A stretch of DNA of 64,000 nt from Candidatus Altimarinota bacterium (GCA_963677745.1 OY782391.1:224001-288000); one strand, 5' to 3'; positions 1-10,585 are shown, counted from the first letter of the stretch. Notes: a model not told the origin generated them from the letters alone. Numbers and translations: made by a program.

Positions 1-1
1 C

Positions 2-634
2 GCCCTTTCGCGCGGTTCCCGAAAAATACTCAGCCACAAAGGCCCGCACCTCGACACCTTAAACCTCTGCCAGTTCCAGCTCTACAGAAACGGCAACCGG
101 CTGATGATCACCGACTGCAAAGTGGAACAAACCTATCTGGAAATCAAAAACGATTTCAAAAAGAGCCTGCTGGGATTCACCATCATCGAGCTTTTGCTGC
201 GCACCATCCAGGAAGACTCCCCCAACCCCGAATTGTTTGAGCTGACCACGCAAACACTGGACAATCTGGCCGGGGAAAGCAGTGAGCTTCATCTGGAAGA
301 ATTTAAAATCAAACTGCTCAAGGAAGCCGGCAGCTGGCCGGACATTTCATTGTGCTATTTCTGTCAGACCAAATGCCATGACCACCAGCCGTTTTTTTGC
401 GACTGTGAAGGCCGCTTAGCCTGTTCTTCCTGCCTGCACCGCTGCCCCGAATCAGTCGACGAAATCAATTTTCAGACAATTAAACTGGCCAAATTCCTGG
501 CCGACAAAAACCATTTGCTGGTTAACCTGAAAATCACCCCCCAGGAACTGTTCGGTTTGAAAAAACTTACCACCATTTTCCTCCACAACTACCTGCATCA
601 CGAAATCAACAGCGAAAAGATGCTCTACTGCTAA
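2..634 (+). CDS. recO: DNA repair protein RecO (5' partial)
   Basis: Frame is open from the window edge (ALSRGSRKILSHKGPHLDTLN, like the RecO N-terminal AxGxRK segment). C-terminal Cys cluster CxxC...CxxC. Confidence 0.85.
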   Translation, partial: ALSRGSRKILSHKGPHLDTLNLCQFQLYRNGNRLMITDCKVEQTYLEIKNDFKKSLLGFTIIELLLRTIQEDSPNPELFELTTQTLDNLAGESSELHLEEFKIKLLKEAGSWPDISLCYFCQTKCHDHQPFFCDCEGRLACSSCLHRCPESVDEINFQTIKLAKFLADKNHLLVNLKITPQELFGLKKLTTIFLHNYLHHEINSEKMLYC

Positions 635-2871
635 ACCCTGGAAACTTTGGTGATGCCTTCTATCCGGTACAGCGTATTGATAATCTCTTCCAGTTGTTCG
701 TCATCTACAATATCAATCAAAATCCGGCGTTGCAGCAACTTCCCTTCTTTTTTGGGCAGTGAAAAACTGATAATGGTCACACGCTGGCTGTTCAAAAATT
801 TTACAATTTCCTTCAGATAGCCCTGTTTTTCCTCCAATTCCAGCAGCAAGGACACCTGATAACGTACTCCTCCGTCCGCCGGTTCCTCGACTTCCAGCCG
901 GGCCTCCAATAAACGTTCTGAAGGTGCATTGGAAACAAAATTACAGTTTACACGATGAATACTGACTCCTTTGGTCTTGGTGATATATCCCACAATCCGG
1001 TCGGACAGACGCGGTTTACAGCAATTGGACATTCGATAGGGCATGTTTTTTTCTCCGCCGATCAATAGTTTCAGTGTGCCGCCCGACGCCTTGGCTGCCA
1101 ATTTGGGAACTATTTTCACCCGAGCGGATTGAGGTTTGCCGGCCCTTTGCGGATTCAAGAGGCTTTCGGCCGATTTACCCATCACATTACGGAAAACCTG
1201 GCTGGGAGAAATTACTCCCGCTCCTATCTCTTCCAACAGTTCCTCTCTTTCCTTCACGGAGAGATTTTTGCCCTTATAGCTCTTTAAAAAAATCATATTT
1301 TCATCGAGCTGAGCCATTTTCAGTCGCTCCAGCAGAGCATTCAATTCTTCACGTCCCTGTTCCAGCAACGAATCTTTGTCGACGCTCCGGAAATAATTCT
1401 TGATACGGTTTCTGGCCTGCTTGGTCTTAACGAACTCCATCCAGCTGAGCTTGGTGTTGACTTTGGGAGTTGTCACCACCTCCACCACATCCCCGTTCTT
1501 CATTTCATAATCCAGTGCCACGGCGTTACCGTTGACTTTGGCCATGTAGTAATGATGTCCGACTTCCGAATGCACCGCAAAAGCAAAATCCAGAGGCGTA
1601 GAACCCAATGGAAGCTCCTTGACCAGATTATCCGGCGTCAGAACAAATACGCGGTCGTTATAAAGATTCATTTTCAGTTCCGCCGTGCTGATATCAATGG
1701 TCTTGAGACTGGTGCGTAAATCATTGAGGGCATTCATCAGACGTTCATCCTGCGGCAATTTGTTGCGTTCTTTATACAGCCAGTGGGCCGCATAACCGTG
1801 TTCGGCAAACTTATGCATGGCCGATGTTCGAATCTGCAGCTCGGTGGGTTTTTTGGGATCAGCCGAATTGAGACCGACCAGGGCGGTATGCAGACTTTGA
1901 TAACCGTTGGATTTGGCATTGGAGACATAATCCTTAAAACGATCGGGCAAATGTTCATATTCCGAATGAAGAACGCTCAGCATTTTATAAAGTTTCTCGA
2001 TATCCTCCTGACTGTCTTCTTCCACGTCTTCATCAGATTTCAGGACAACTCTCAAAGCGTAGACGTCATAGATCTCATTAAGCGTTCTGGTCTTCTTCTT
2101 GAGCTTCTTGTAAATGCTGAACAAATTTTTTAACCGGCCCGACACCTGCACTTCAAAACCGTTTTTGAGCATTAATGACTCCAGTTCATTTTTGGTTTCC
2201 TCGATGGTTTTTCTGGTTTGCCCGAGATACTCCTCCATCTCTTTTTTCAGGGCTTCATATTCCTCCGGAAAGACATATTTAAACGCCATATCCTCCAGCT
2301 GCAGTTTGAATTCATAAAGACCCAGTTTGGAGGCAATAGGGACATAAACGTCCAGAATTTCCCTGGCATTGGCCTTCTGCTTTTCCTGCGTCTTGAACTG
2401 CAGTGTTTCCAGATTTTCAATGCGGTCGGCCAGACGGATCAGAATCACCCGGATATCTTCGGCCAGCGTCAAAAACATATTGCTGATAACCTTGGTGTCG
2501 GAAGAAGAGTAACGTGATTTAATGGAATTGATCTTGCCCAGAGCCGAAACCAGCCGGCAAACCTCGGCTCCAAACAGCTCTTCGATTTTCTTCAGATCGC
2601 AGCGCGGTGAATAGCAGGCGCTGATCAATATGGAAGCAATAATAGTGGCCCGGTCGGGATTCAGCCGCAGGATTTTTTCACAGGTCAATCGTAAAGCACG
2701 CTGATAATAGGATTCTCCCGAATAGCGGTAAAGCGATTTATAAAGATACCCGGCGTGTTCCAAAGCTTTATCCAAAATTTCCCTGTCCTTGCCGGGGAAA
2801 TAAGGCGCCAGCTGATCGATGTATTGCTGTTCGAAAAGCATTGTATAGATTATTTCTGGGATACTATACAA
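631..2871 (-). CDS. relA: Long RelA/SpoT homologue (synthetase, TGS, ZFD, ACT); hydrolase motif degenerate
   Basis: GRLK..SIYKK, RFKDY..NGYQSLHT, ELQIRT..MH..AE.G.AAHWLYK; TGS (TPLDFAFAVHSEVG); CCKP...IVGYITK..GVSIHR..C. Start may be 2841. Confidence 0.92.
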   Translation of the reverse strand: MYSIPEIIYTMLFEQQYIDQLAPYFPGKDREILDKALEHAGYLYKSLYRYSGESYYQRALRLTCEKILRLNPDRATIIASILISACYSPRCDLKKIEELFGAEVCRLVSALGKINSIKSRYSSSDTKVISNMFLTLAEDIRVILIRLADRIENLETLQFKTQEKQKANAREILDVYVPIASKLGLYEFKLQLEDMAFKYVFPEEYEALKKEMEEYLGQTRKTIEETKNELESLMLKNGFEVQVSGRLKNLFSIYKKLKKKTRTLNEIYDVYALRVVLKSDEDVEEDSQEDIEKLYKMLSVLHSEYEHLPDRFKDYVSNAKSNGYQSLHTALVGLNSADPKKPTELQIRTSAMHKFAEHGYAAHWLYKERNKLPQDERLMNALNDLRTSLKTIDISTAELKMNLYNDRVFVLTPDNLVKELPLGSTPLDFAFAVHSEVGHHYYMAKVNGNAVALDYEMKNGDVVEVVTTPKVNTKLSWMEFVKTKQARNRIKNYFRSVDKDSLLEQGREELNALLERLKMAQLDENMIFLKSYKGKNLSVKEREELLEEIGAGVISPSQVFRNVMGKSAESLLNPQRAGKPQSARVKIVPKLAAKASGGTLKLLIGGEKNMPYRMSNCCKPRLSDRIVGYITKTKGVSIHRVNCNFVSNAPSERLLEARLEVEEPADGGVRYQVSLLLELEEKQGYLKEIVKFLNSQRVTIISFSLPKKEGKLLQRRILIDIVDDEQLEEIINTLYRIEGITKVSRV

Positions 2872-2919
2872 CCTTTCACATATTTATGGAAGAGTAGTCG
2901 GAATAGACCGTATCGGGTG

Positions 2920-4824
2920 TTATTTGACCAGATTCAGATCAACTCCCGGCGTTTCCACGACCGTCACTCCGGAGATCAAAGCCTGTTTGTTTTTCTCGAT
3001 GGCGTCCAGTCTGATTTTCATAGTAATTAAATCGGCTTCATAATAACCTGCCAGCTTGGAGAGGGCCGCCAGTTTTGCTTTCAGTTCAGTCTGTTTCTGA
3101 GTGACCTCCACAAACTTTCCCAGCAGTGTCTGGGCTTTTTCCGCTTCGGTTTCATCCAGAGAAGCAAAAAAGTCCGTTTCATAGCGATCTTTATCGGGAT
3201 TGATGCTGTTTACCGAAATCTTCAGGTCATCCACCTGCGTATTGATTTCCTTGCGCAGCTTGTTGCCCTCCGTAAAAATCACATTGGCGTCCTTCAAAAA
3301 CGTTTCCAAAGCCTGATCACGATCGGTCTTGCCTCTCAGTACGTCCTGAATCCGCACCTGATTGGCATAACGGATCTTGGCCAGATAATTCACATAATAG
3401 ATAAACCGGTTTTTGACATAGTCGGATTCCTTTCCAAAACCATAATAAATCGCAGCCGTGATGCCAGTCTCCCCGTAAAACACCGGATCGCGGAGTTTGC
3501 CGAAATAAGCGGCGTTAAAAAACACGTTATAAGCTACGTCACGGAGATCCCCGCCGTTTCTGCCAAAATAAACCGCCGTCTGAAAACCCCATTTTTCCAC
3601 CATTTCCTGATCCTGCACAACTTTGGCGTTATCGCCTTTCACCAGTTCCAGACCGGAGGGCGCAGCTTTAAACCAGCTGTTAACATAATCCATCAAGCGC
3701 AGGGAAGATCCTAACCAAAAAGCCCCCGCCACCAAAGCGGCCAAAATGGCCAGTTTGATTAAAAATTTAAAAAACCTGGAGATCAGACCGGGGCCGGTAT
3801 TGCCGGTTGCTTCCGCCATAGTCACCTGGGGCTGTTCCTGCATCTTCGGCTTGGCCAACGACGATTCGTTTTTTTGAAATTTTTCGACATCTCTGCCGTG
3901 AACCAGTCTTTCCAAAACATTAAATAATCTACCCAATATCCCCTGTTTCGGCGGCAACTCTTCCAAAACTACCGTGTCTTCCTGAATCAGGCTTTCCGAC
4001 AATTTCTTGGCTTCATCCAGACTGGCCTGCCTTTTGGCATTTTCCTCCTCCAGTGTTTGCTGATGCTCGGCCGGGGTCACCACTTCCGCCACCACAGTCC
4101 GGGATTCATTTGAAGTGTCCGGCTCTTCAGTTGCCGGTTCTTCTTTTGCCGACGCTTCTTTTGTTTCCTCTGTTCTGTCCGGCTCTTGAACAACGCCCTC
4201 CTCGAAAATCTTCTGGGATTGATCAAGATCGGCGGAAAACGAAGGTTCGGGAGCGGGAGGTGATGGCTCGGGAACAGGAGGTAACGGTTCGGGAACGGGA
4301 GGCGAAGGTTCTGGAACCGGTGGAACTTCCGGCGGAACTTGCGGAAGAGGTTGAGTGACCGGTTGAGGAACTGATTTCGGTTTTGTAATCGGGACGGCAG
4401 ATGGCATCTGCGCTTCAACCATTTCCGTAGGCGTCTCCATGACAGGAGCAATCGGAGCTACGGGTGCCAGCGGAAGCTCCGGCTCTACCGGCGCGGGTTC
4501 GACGGTAACTCTGGGAACTTTAATGTCTTTTAAGGGTTCAACGGTGGTCGTATCGGTCAACTCCTTGGCAGAAACATCGCGCGGGGCTTTAACCCCCTCC
4601 AGCCCGGCCTGCTTTGACGGTAAAACCAGCGGAACATCCTGGCCTGGGACTGCACCCGTTTTTTTCTTTCTGCGGCGCCGCCGCTTTTTGGGAGGTACGG
4701 CGGAAACAGGTCCGGCGGACGGCACTTTCGGGGAGGAAACAGGCGCGGCGGCGCCGGGCTGCCCGGAGGCTCCCGACTGATTGGAATTTCCTGCCTGATT
4801 TTGTTTATTTTGTTCGTCAGTCAT
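2920..4824 (-). CDS. Membrane protein with long Pro/Glu-rich disordered N-terminus and helical C-terminal domain
   Basis: 635-aa ORF with a polybasic KKRRRRRKKK stretch, PEP repeats, one TM helix (LAILAALVAGAFWLG) and a coiled-coil-like C-terminus. Confidence 0.75.
   Translation of the reverse strand: MTDEQNKQNQAGNSNQSGASGQPGAAAPVSSPKVPSAGPVSAVPPKKRRRRRKKKTGAVPGQDVPLVLPSKQAGLEGVKAPRDVSAKELTDTTTVEPLKDIKVPRVTVEPAPVEPELPLAPVAPIAPVMETPTEMVEAQMPSAVPITKPKSVPQPVTQPLPQVPPEVPPVPEPSPPVPEPLPPVPEPSPPAPEPSFSADLDQSQKIFEEGVVQEPDRTEETKEASAKEEPATEEPDTSNESRTVVAEVVTPAEHQQTLEEENAKRQASLDEAKKLSESLIQEDTVVLEELPPKQGILGRLFNVLERLVHGRDVEKFQKNESSLAKPKMQEQPQVTMAEATGNTGPGLISRFFKFLIKLAILAALVAGAFWLGSSLRLMDYVNSWFKAAPSGLELVKGDNAKVVQDQEMVEKWGFQTAVYFGRNGGDLRDVAYNVFFNAAYFGKLRDPVFYGETGITAAIYYGFGKESDYVKNRFIYYVNYLAKIRYANQVRIQDVLRGKTDRDQALETFLKDANVIFTEGNKLRKEINTQVDDLKISVNSINPDKDRYETDFFASLDETEAEKAQTLLGKFVEVTQKQTELKAKLAALSKLAGYYEADLITMKIRLDAIEKNKQALISGVTVVETPGVDLNLVK
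4241..4344 (-). repeat. Imperfect 21-bp coding tandem repeat (VPEPSPP-type heptapeptides)
   Basis: Translation reads VPEPSPP-VPEPLPP-VPEPSPP-APEPS. Confidence 0.7.
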
Positions 4825-5087
4825 AAATTGCCGGTTTCTCATTATTATAACACATTTTCACCTTTATTTTAAAACACTATAACTGCTATTATTATGCATA
4901 ATAAAAACAAAAAACGACAATCATGACCGGAAACAAAAATAAGGGTTCATCTGTCAGTATCAAACAGTCCACAAAAAAGCCGAGCATAAGCCCTGAAATC
5001 ATTTCAAAGTCCTGCCCGGCACTATCTTACGACACAATTTCGCAATACTGTCAAAGTTTAGAAGCCCTGCTTAATTAATCCGGACAA

Positions 5088-5774
5088 TTACTCCTTTTTC
5101 TCGGATTTAGCCTCTCCATCCTTGGCTTTTTCGGCTTCGCCACCCTCGGCTGCGGCACCTTCGGCACCGGCTACCGGTTCGGCTTTCATCTCTTCAGGTA
5201 CTTCCACTACTTCTTCCTTGTATTCTTCAGCGGCATTTACGGCAACCACCGGACTTTCGGGATCATCCAATACCTCCACTTTGTCTCCCAGATTAAGATC
5301 TTTTACATAGACAGTATCTCCGATGTTTTCCAGCTTGGAAACATCAACGGTAATCTCATGCGGAATATCCATCGGCAAACATTCAACTTCAATTTCCTGT
5401 TTAACCATGGTGATAATGGCATTGAAATTCTTGACGGCTGGGGACACACCTGTAACCTCCACCGGAACGGTAGCGGTAACCTTTTTCTTCATGTCTATCT
5501 GCAGAAAGTCAATATGATCAAAACGGTCGGTCAGCGGGTTATAGGAAAGTTCATGGATCAAAACCGGTACTTTCTCTCCGTTAATATTGAGATTAAATAC
5601 CTGCGTGCTGCCGGTTTCCTTGTAGAGTTTTCTAAAGTTCTGATACTCCACCGAAACGGTGTGATTTTTGAATCCTCTTCCATAGCATATAGCCGGAATT
5701 AAACCCTGTTTGCGGACCAGATTGGCCTTGATTTTCGCGTCGCGAATTTGGGCATCTAACACAAGAAGTTCCAT
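5088..5774 (-). CDS. rplY: 50S ribosomal protein L25/Ctc
   Basis: R..GLIPAICYG, HIDFLQI, C-terminal CLP.DIP..I.VDVS.L.IGD; acidic tail. Confidence 0.95.
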   Translation of the reverse strand: MELLVLDAQIRDAKIKANLVRKQGLIPAICYGRGFKNHTVSVEYQNFRKLYKETGSTQVFNLNINGEKVPVLIHELSYNPLTDRFDHIDFLQIDMKKKVTATVPVEVTGVSPAVKNFNAIITMVKQEIEVECLPMDIPHEITVDVSKLENIGDTVYVKDLNLGDKVEVLDDPESPVVAVNAAEEYKEEVVEVPEEMKAEPVAGAEGAAAEGGEAEKAKDGEAKSEKKE

Positions 5775-5906
5775 GGTTTTCCAAGTTACAGTTAAAATAA
5801 CGGCCAGAGTTTAGCCGAAAAAAAACAACTCTGCAACAGATTTTATTGACGCCATAAGCTCCACTCTTCTAATATACTTGAGCAAAATAAATAACCCCCC
5901 TTCCCC

Positions 5907-6176
5907 ATGATGGATAAGATGAAAGAATTGATGGCTCTGCAGAAAAAAGCCCAGGCCATTCAGGACAAGCTGGGTAATACCCATATCGAGGCGGATGAAG
6001 GACCTTTCACAGTAATTATCAGCGGCAAACAAATCTGCATCGACGCACTGGAAAACGGAAAATCCATGCCGCAACTGGTCAAAGCCCTCAATAAAGCACT
6101 TAAAAAATCCCAGGACATCGCCGCCCATGAAATGAAAGATGTAATGGGCCAGCTGGGATTACCGGGAGTCAGTTAA
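5907..6176 (+). CDS. ybaB: YbaB/EbfC nucleoid-associated protein
   Basis: M.ALQKKAQ.IQ..L, A.NKALKK.Q.....M..V.G.LGLPG. Confidence 0.8.
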   Translation: MMDKMKELMALQKKAQAIQDKLGNTHIEADEGPFTVIISGKQICIDALENGKSMPQLVKALNKALKKSQDIAAHEMKDVMGQLGLPGVS

Positions 6177-6187
6177 ACAAAACAACC

Positions 6188-7225
6188 ATGATTCATCGTC
6201 GAAGACACCGCAAGGCAAACAGGAACTGGCCGAAGTTATTGGCAGTATTGGTGATTGCAGCAGTTCTTTTTCTTGGCTACAAATTCCAACAGTTTAATTA
6301 TTTCATCTCCACTCCGGTCGATGCCGGCAACAATGAGGAAATTATTTTTACCATTAAAAAAGGTGAAAATATCAAGACTGTGGCCGCCAACCTGTATGAA
6401 AAAAAGCTGATTCTGGACCTGGACAGTTTTATCTGGTACGGCAAATTGAACAATCTGGACACTTCGGTAAAAAGCGGCCGTTTCGGCCTGAATCAAACAG
6501 AAAACAGCAAGGAAATTTATCAGATCATCACCTCCAACGAAAACCGCCAGGCTGTGGTAACCATTCCGGAGGGCTCGACCATACAGGATATCGACCAGAT
6601 TTTGGCCAATCTGGAATTGGGCAAAAGCGGTGATTTCATTCAGGCGGTTAAAGATTTTGACAATTATTCAAAATACCCTTTTCTGAATAAGGAAAAACAA
6701 ATGGGGTTGGTTCATCCGCTGGAGGGTTATCTCTTCCCGGACACTTATTATGTTTCCGCCTCCAGTTTTTCCGAAGTTGAATTTATCAGTATGCTGCTGA
6801 ACACCTTTTCCAAAAAAGCCCTGCCGGTAATCCAACAGTCCGGACGTCCCACGGAAGAAGTGGTCAATGTGGCTGCCATGGTGGAAAAAGAAGCCAACCG
6901 CGATCAGGACCGGCCGATTGTGGCGGGTATTATCTGGAAAAGACTGGACGGCGGCTGGATGCTGGGCATAGACGCCACACTGCTCTACCTGAAAAACGAC
7001 CGTGAGATTGACTATCAGGATTTGCAGGAAAACACCCCTTATAACACCCGTAATCAAAAAGGACTGCCACCCGGACCCATTGCCAACCCCGGTCTGGCCA
7101 GCATCCAGGCCGCCGCCAACCCCTCCGACACTCCCTATTATTATTATCTCACGTCCAAAGACGGAGTGATGGTCTACGCCGAAACCGATGCCGAGCATGT
7201 CAGCAATAAAAACCGTTACCTCTAA
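6188..7225 (+). CDS. mltG: Endolytic transglycosylase MltG
   Basis: N-terminal TM, TIPEG, LEGYLFPDTY, VEKE, YNT....GLPPGPIANPG. Confidence 0.95.
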   Translation: MIHRRRHRKANRNWPKLLAVLVIAAVLFLGYKFQQFNYFISTPVDAGNNEEIIFTIKKGENIKTVAANLYEKKLILDLDSFIWYGKLNNLDTSVKSGRFGLNQTENSKEIYQIITSNENRQAVVTIPEGSTIQDIDQILANLELGKSGDFIQAVKDFDNYSKYPFLNKEKQMGLVHPLEGYLFPDTYYVSASSFSEVEFISMLLNTFSKKALPVIQQSGRPTEEVVNVAAMVEKEANRDQDRPIVAGIIWKRLDGGWMLGIDATLLYLKNDREIDYQDLQENTPYNTRNQKGLPPGPIANPGLASIQAAANPSDTPYYYYLTSKDGVMVYAETDAEHVSNKNRYL

Positions 7226-7256
7226 TCATCGCCAGCCGGATATCAGAGCTTTGCTC

Positions 7257-8903
7257 TTAGGAATTGAGCGGCTTTTCCGGTGAAGTAACCGTGACCGGAG
7301 CAGTGATGGTGGCGGGAGCGGAAGTAGTTTCAGTGCCGGCCGTTGTTGTAGCAGTGGTGGTAGTGGCAGGAGCAGTTGTGGGAGTCGCGGCAACCGCCGG
7401 AGCTTCATAATTGATCTTCACCGTCAGTATCGGCGATTTCTTGCCGTCTTCCGTCACTCCATAGACCTGATAACTGTTCAGACCGGGCTTGAGATTGCCG
7501 TAACTGACCTTGATATTGTAAGTCCAGGTGGTGTCTCCGGTCTGGAATTTGCCAAGTTTAAAATCGTCAACCCACATAGCATCGGCGCCCCTGACGGTGC
7601 CGGTAATGGCAAAACCGTCTTTCTTTACCACCATTCCTTCTTTGTAGGTGACTCCGTCAACTTTGGTGATAACCGGTTTTTCGATGGAAGTACTTTCGGT
7701 TCCGGCAATATCGTTGACCAGATCGGGCTCGGATTTTTGATATTCTATTTCCACTTTCAGAGCATCAGTCTGTTTGGCGTTCTCGTCTATACCGACAAAT
7801 TCATAAACGTTTTTTCCCGCCTTCAGATTGCCTTTCACCTCCGAAACGTCATAAGTCCAGGTAAGAGCCTCCGGATCCATGGTATTGACCAGAATTTTCA
7901 TTGGTTTCTCATCTCCGGCCAGCAGCTGCATCAAAAGCAGTTTTTTTGTGCCCTCGGCTACTTTTCCGCTCAAAGACTGGGTATCCTTCATGGTTACCAC
8001 GGTAGTGCTCTTCGGGGAAACCAGCGTCGGAGCAGCCAGATCACTGGTACCGGTAGCAATGGCGGTATCCGCGGCGCTTTCCGAACCGTCCTGCATAGTC
8101 AGATCGGGAGTGGCTTCGCCGTCAGTAATCACTCCGCTGCCGGGATATTTGGAAAAGTCAGTGGGGTTTTCATCTTCTTTGATGTTCCAGAGATACCAGT
8201 CGGTGGTCTGGAAAACAGGATCCAGAACTCCCAAAACCGACGGGGATTTGCGGTCATAATATTCCTTCATCACACTTTCGTTGAGCGTAATCTGTTGTCC
8301 GATCCCCACGGGAATCGACTCGATACTTCTGGTTTTTCCTTCCACCTGCTCAATAATATCAACCTGAACCTGTCCTTTGATTACACGCAAAATCTCATCA
8401 CTGTTTTTTTCCAGATCGAAAATCGTCCCGGTGATGGCGTAAGAAGCGTAATTGGTATTGATGACAAAATCGGTCTTGCGGATAACGTTCTGTTTTGGCT
8501 TATTGGTCCAGATTGTACCCGAATTCAAATAAATCAGAATTTCCTGATAATCACTTTTCTTGCTGATATCCACCAGTGTGATCTGCGTATCCGAATCCAT
8601 GCGCAACTCGGTACCATCATAAAATTTCAGGACGCCCCGGGCATTACGCAAAGTTTTAACCGAATCCCCCAGTTTGATCTTGGAACCGTTATAGACATTT
8701 TCCCACTCGGAAGTACCGAAACTGAGCACCTTGGAACGGCCTTCGGCCAGGTAATAAATGGCATCGCCTTTCGAGCTGCCGAAAAAGGTTCCCCATAATT
8801 GGAAAGCCAGGATTGCAAAAACACCCAAACTGACCAGCACTACAAAAGGCAATAAATACTGGGATCTGGTGCGTCTGCGGAATCTACGCATATACACAGT
8901 CAC
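7257..8903 (-). CDS. Membrane-anchored FecR-domain protein with Ig-like repeats and Thr/Ala-rich tail
   Basis: TM, then GDSVKT...L.FYDGT.LRMD..T.I and ITGT.F (FecR-like); two similar WTY....GNLK.G.N.Y segments. Confidence 0.65.
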   Translation of the reverse strand: MTVYMRRFRRRTRSQYLLPFVVLVSLGVFAILAFQLWGTFFGSSKGDAIYYLAEGRSKVLSFGTSEWENVYNGSKIKLGDSVKTLRNARGVLKFYDGTELRMDSDTQITLVDISKKSDYQEILIYLNSGTIWTNKPKQNVIRKTDFVINTNYASYAITGTIFDLEKNSDEILRVIKGQVQVDIIEQVEGKTRSIESIPVGIGQQITLNESVMKEYYDRKSPSVLGVLDPVFQTTDWYLWNIKEDENPTDFSKYPGSGVITDGEATPDLTMQDGSESAADTAIATGTSDLAAPTLVSPKSTTVVTMKDTQSLSGKVAEGTKKLLLMQLLAGDEKPMKILVNTMDPEALTWTYDVSEVKGNLKAGKNVYEFVGIDENAKQTDALKVEIEYQKSEPDLVNDIAGTESTSIEKPVITKVDGVTYKEGMVVKKDGFAITGTVRGADAMWVDDFKLGKFQTGDTTWTYNIKVSYGNLKPGLNSYQVYGVTEDGKKSPILTVKINYEAPAVAATPTTAPATTTTATTTAGTETTSAPATITAPVTVTSPEKPLNS

Positions 8904-8983
8904 GTTTGTTTTCGTTAATAATTTTCGTGAAAATTATAGCTTTTTCAGCCATATAGTAAAGCCGGAATGAATAATCAATATTT

Positions 8984-10429
8984 TTAAAAACCCAGTTCTT
9001 TTTTTAGGGCGTTGATATCTCGCTGCAGTTTCTGATCGATTTTCATCTGATTGATCACCTTGTTACAGGAATGCATAACCGTCGTATGATTTCTGCCGCC
9101 GAAACAATCACCGATCGATTCAAAAGACTGATTGAGAATTTCCCGTATCAAATACATGCTGATCTGCCGCGGCCCCATCACTCCTTTTTTCCTGTCGGAA
9201 CCGATCAATTCACTCTTGGTCAAACCGAAATATTTGGCAACAATGTCCACCACGTCCTCCAGTCCTCTCACCACAGTCTTATTCTGGTCTTTCAGATCGA
9301 TGGTTTCCACGCCCTGCTGACTGTTGTTCTTGCGGATCACCTGGGCTACCGAACGAATGGTGGGATTGGAATTTTCCAGCTGGGCCTCACCAATGGCGGT
9401 CACCAGCACACCAATCATCTCACGCACGCTGTTGGTAACGTTGAAGGCAATGAATTCCAGTACTTCCGGATCCAGCATCATCTGATATTCGGCGCAGCGG
9501 GCCTTGAGAATAGCCAGTCTTGTTTCGAAACTGGGTTTGGCCACCTCGATCAGCATTCCCATACCGAAACGGCTCTTCAGACGGTCGTCAAATCCTTCCA
9601 GTTCGCGCGGCGGACGGTCGGCACTCAGAATAATCTGCTTGCCGTTGTCGTATAAATCGTTAAAAGTATGGAAAAATTCCTGTTCGGAAGTCGATTTGTT
9701 GGCAAAAAACTGGATATCGTCAACGATCAGACAGTCCAGATTGCGATATTCATCCTTGAACGGTTTGGTATGTTTGCGTCCAATCGCTTCGACAATTTTA
9801 TTGATAAAATGTTCGGCCGTCATATAGACAACCTTTTTCCCGGGATAATTTTTCAGAATCTCATGGCCGGTGGCCTGCAATAAATGCGTTTTGCCCAGAC
9901 CGACGCCGCCATAGATGTAGAGCGGATTATAAATTCCGGCCGGCTTGGCGCCGACAGCCATACAGGCGGCGTGCACCAGACGATTCTCGCTTCCCGGAAT
10001 AAAATTGTGCAGGGTGTAGCGCTTGTCCAGAATTTTACTGCGCATACCGCCGCCGATATCCACTTCCGGCCGGCCGGGCACTTTGCGAGGTTTGCGGGTG
10101 GTGCCGATAATCGCCATAAAACTGTCCTCCGACAATTTATCGGGATGATTATCATCGTTGAGAGAAGTTTTCAGTTCATAATTGATGGAAACCAGATCGG
10201 GTAAAATCTCCCTGATCAAAGGCATTATTTTATCGTGATATTTATTGCGGACATGTTCGGGACCGATAATGGAGGCAAAGCCGATCAACAGCACCCCGTC
10301 ACGATAGGAAAGAATGGCGCTTTTCATGAAAAACGACAGAAAATCATTGCGATTGTCTTCCGTATAAATTCGGGAAAGAATCTTTTCCCAGGTAGCTTTC
10401 AGATCAATTTGTGTTAGCTCCTGGGTCAT
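8984..10429 (-). CDS. dnaA: Chromosomal replication initiator DnaA
   Basis: YNPLYIYGGVGLGKTHLLQA, DDIQF, QEFFHTFN, GGRNHTTVMHS. Confidence 0.97.
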   Translation of the reverse strand: MTQELTQIDLKATWEKILSRIYTEDNRNDFLSFFMKSAILSYRDGVLLIGFASIIGPEHVRNKYHDKIMPLIREILPDLVSINYELKTSLNDDNHPDKLSEDSFMAIIGTTRKPRKVPGRPEVDIGGGMRSKILDKRYTLHNFIPGSENRLVHAACMAVGAKPAGIYNPLYIYGGVGLGKTHLLQATGHEILKNYPGKKVVYMTAEHFINKIVEAIGRKHTKPFKDEYRNLDCLIVDDIQFFANKSTSEQEFFHTFNDLYDNGKQIILSADRPPRELEGFDDRLKSRFGMGMLIEVAKPSFETRLAILKARCAEYQMMLDPEVLEFIAFNVTNSVREMIGVLVTAIGEAQLENSNPTIRSVAQVIRKNNSQQGVETIDLKDQNKTVVRGLEDVVDIVAKYFGLTKSELIGSDRKKGVMGPRQISMYLIREILNQSFESIGDCFGGRNHTTVMHSCNKVINQMKIDQKLQRDINALKKELGF

Positions 10430-10585
10430 GGAATTTTCCTAAAAAATCTAAAAGCCCGTCGATATTAAACAAATAAAAATTCCACTTCAAGACCAGATTC
10501 GATTTCATAAAATAGTATCAAAAATCTTTCAAGCTCAAGTGAAATTTGTCTAAAAAAACTGAACACGACCCGCGGTTTCCGGCGG

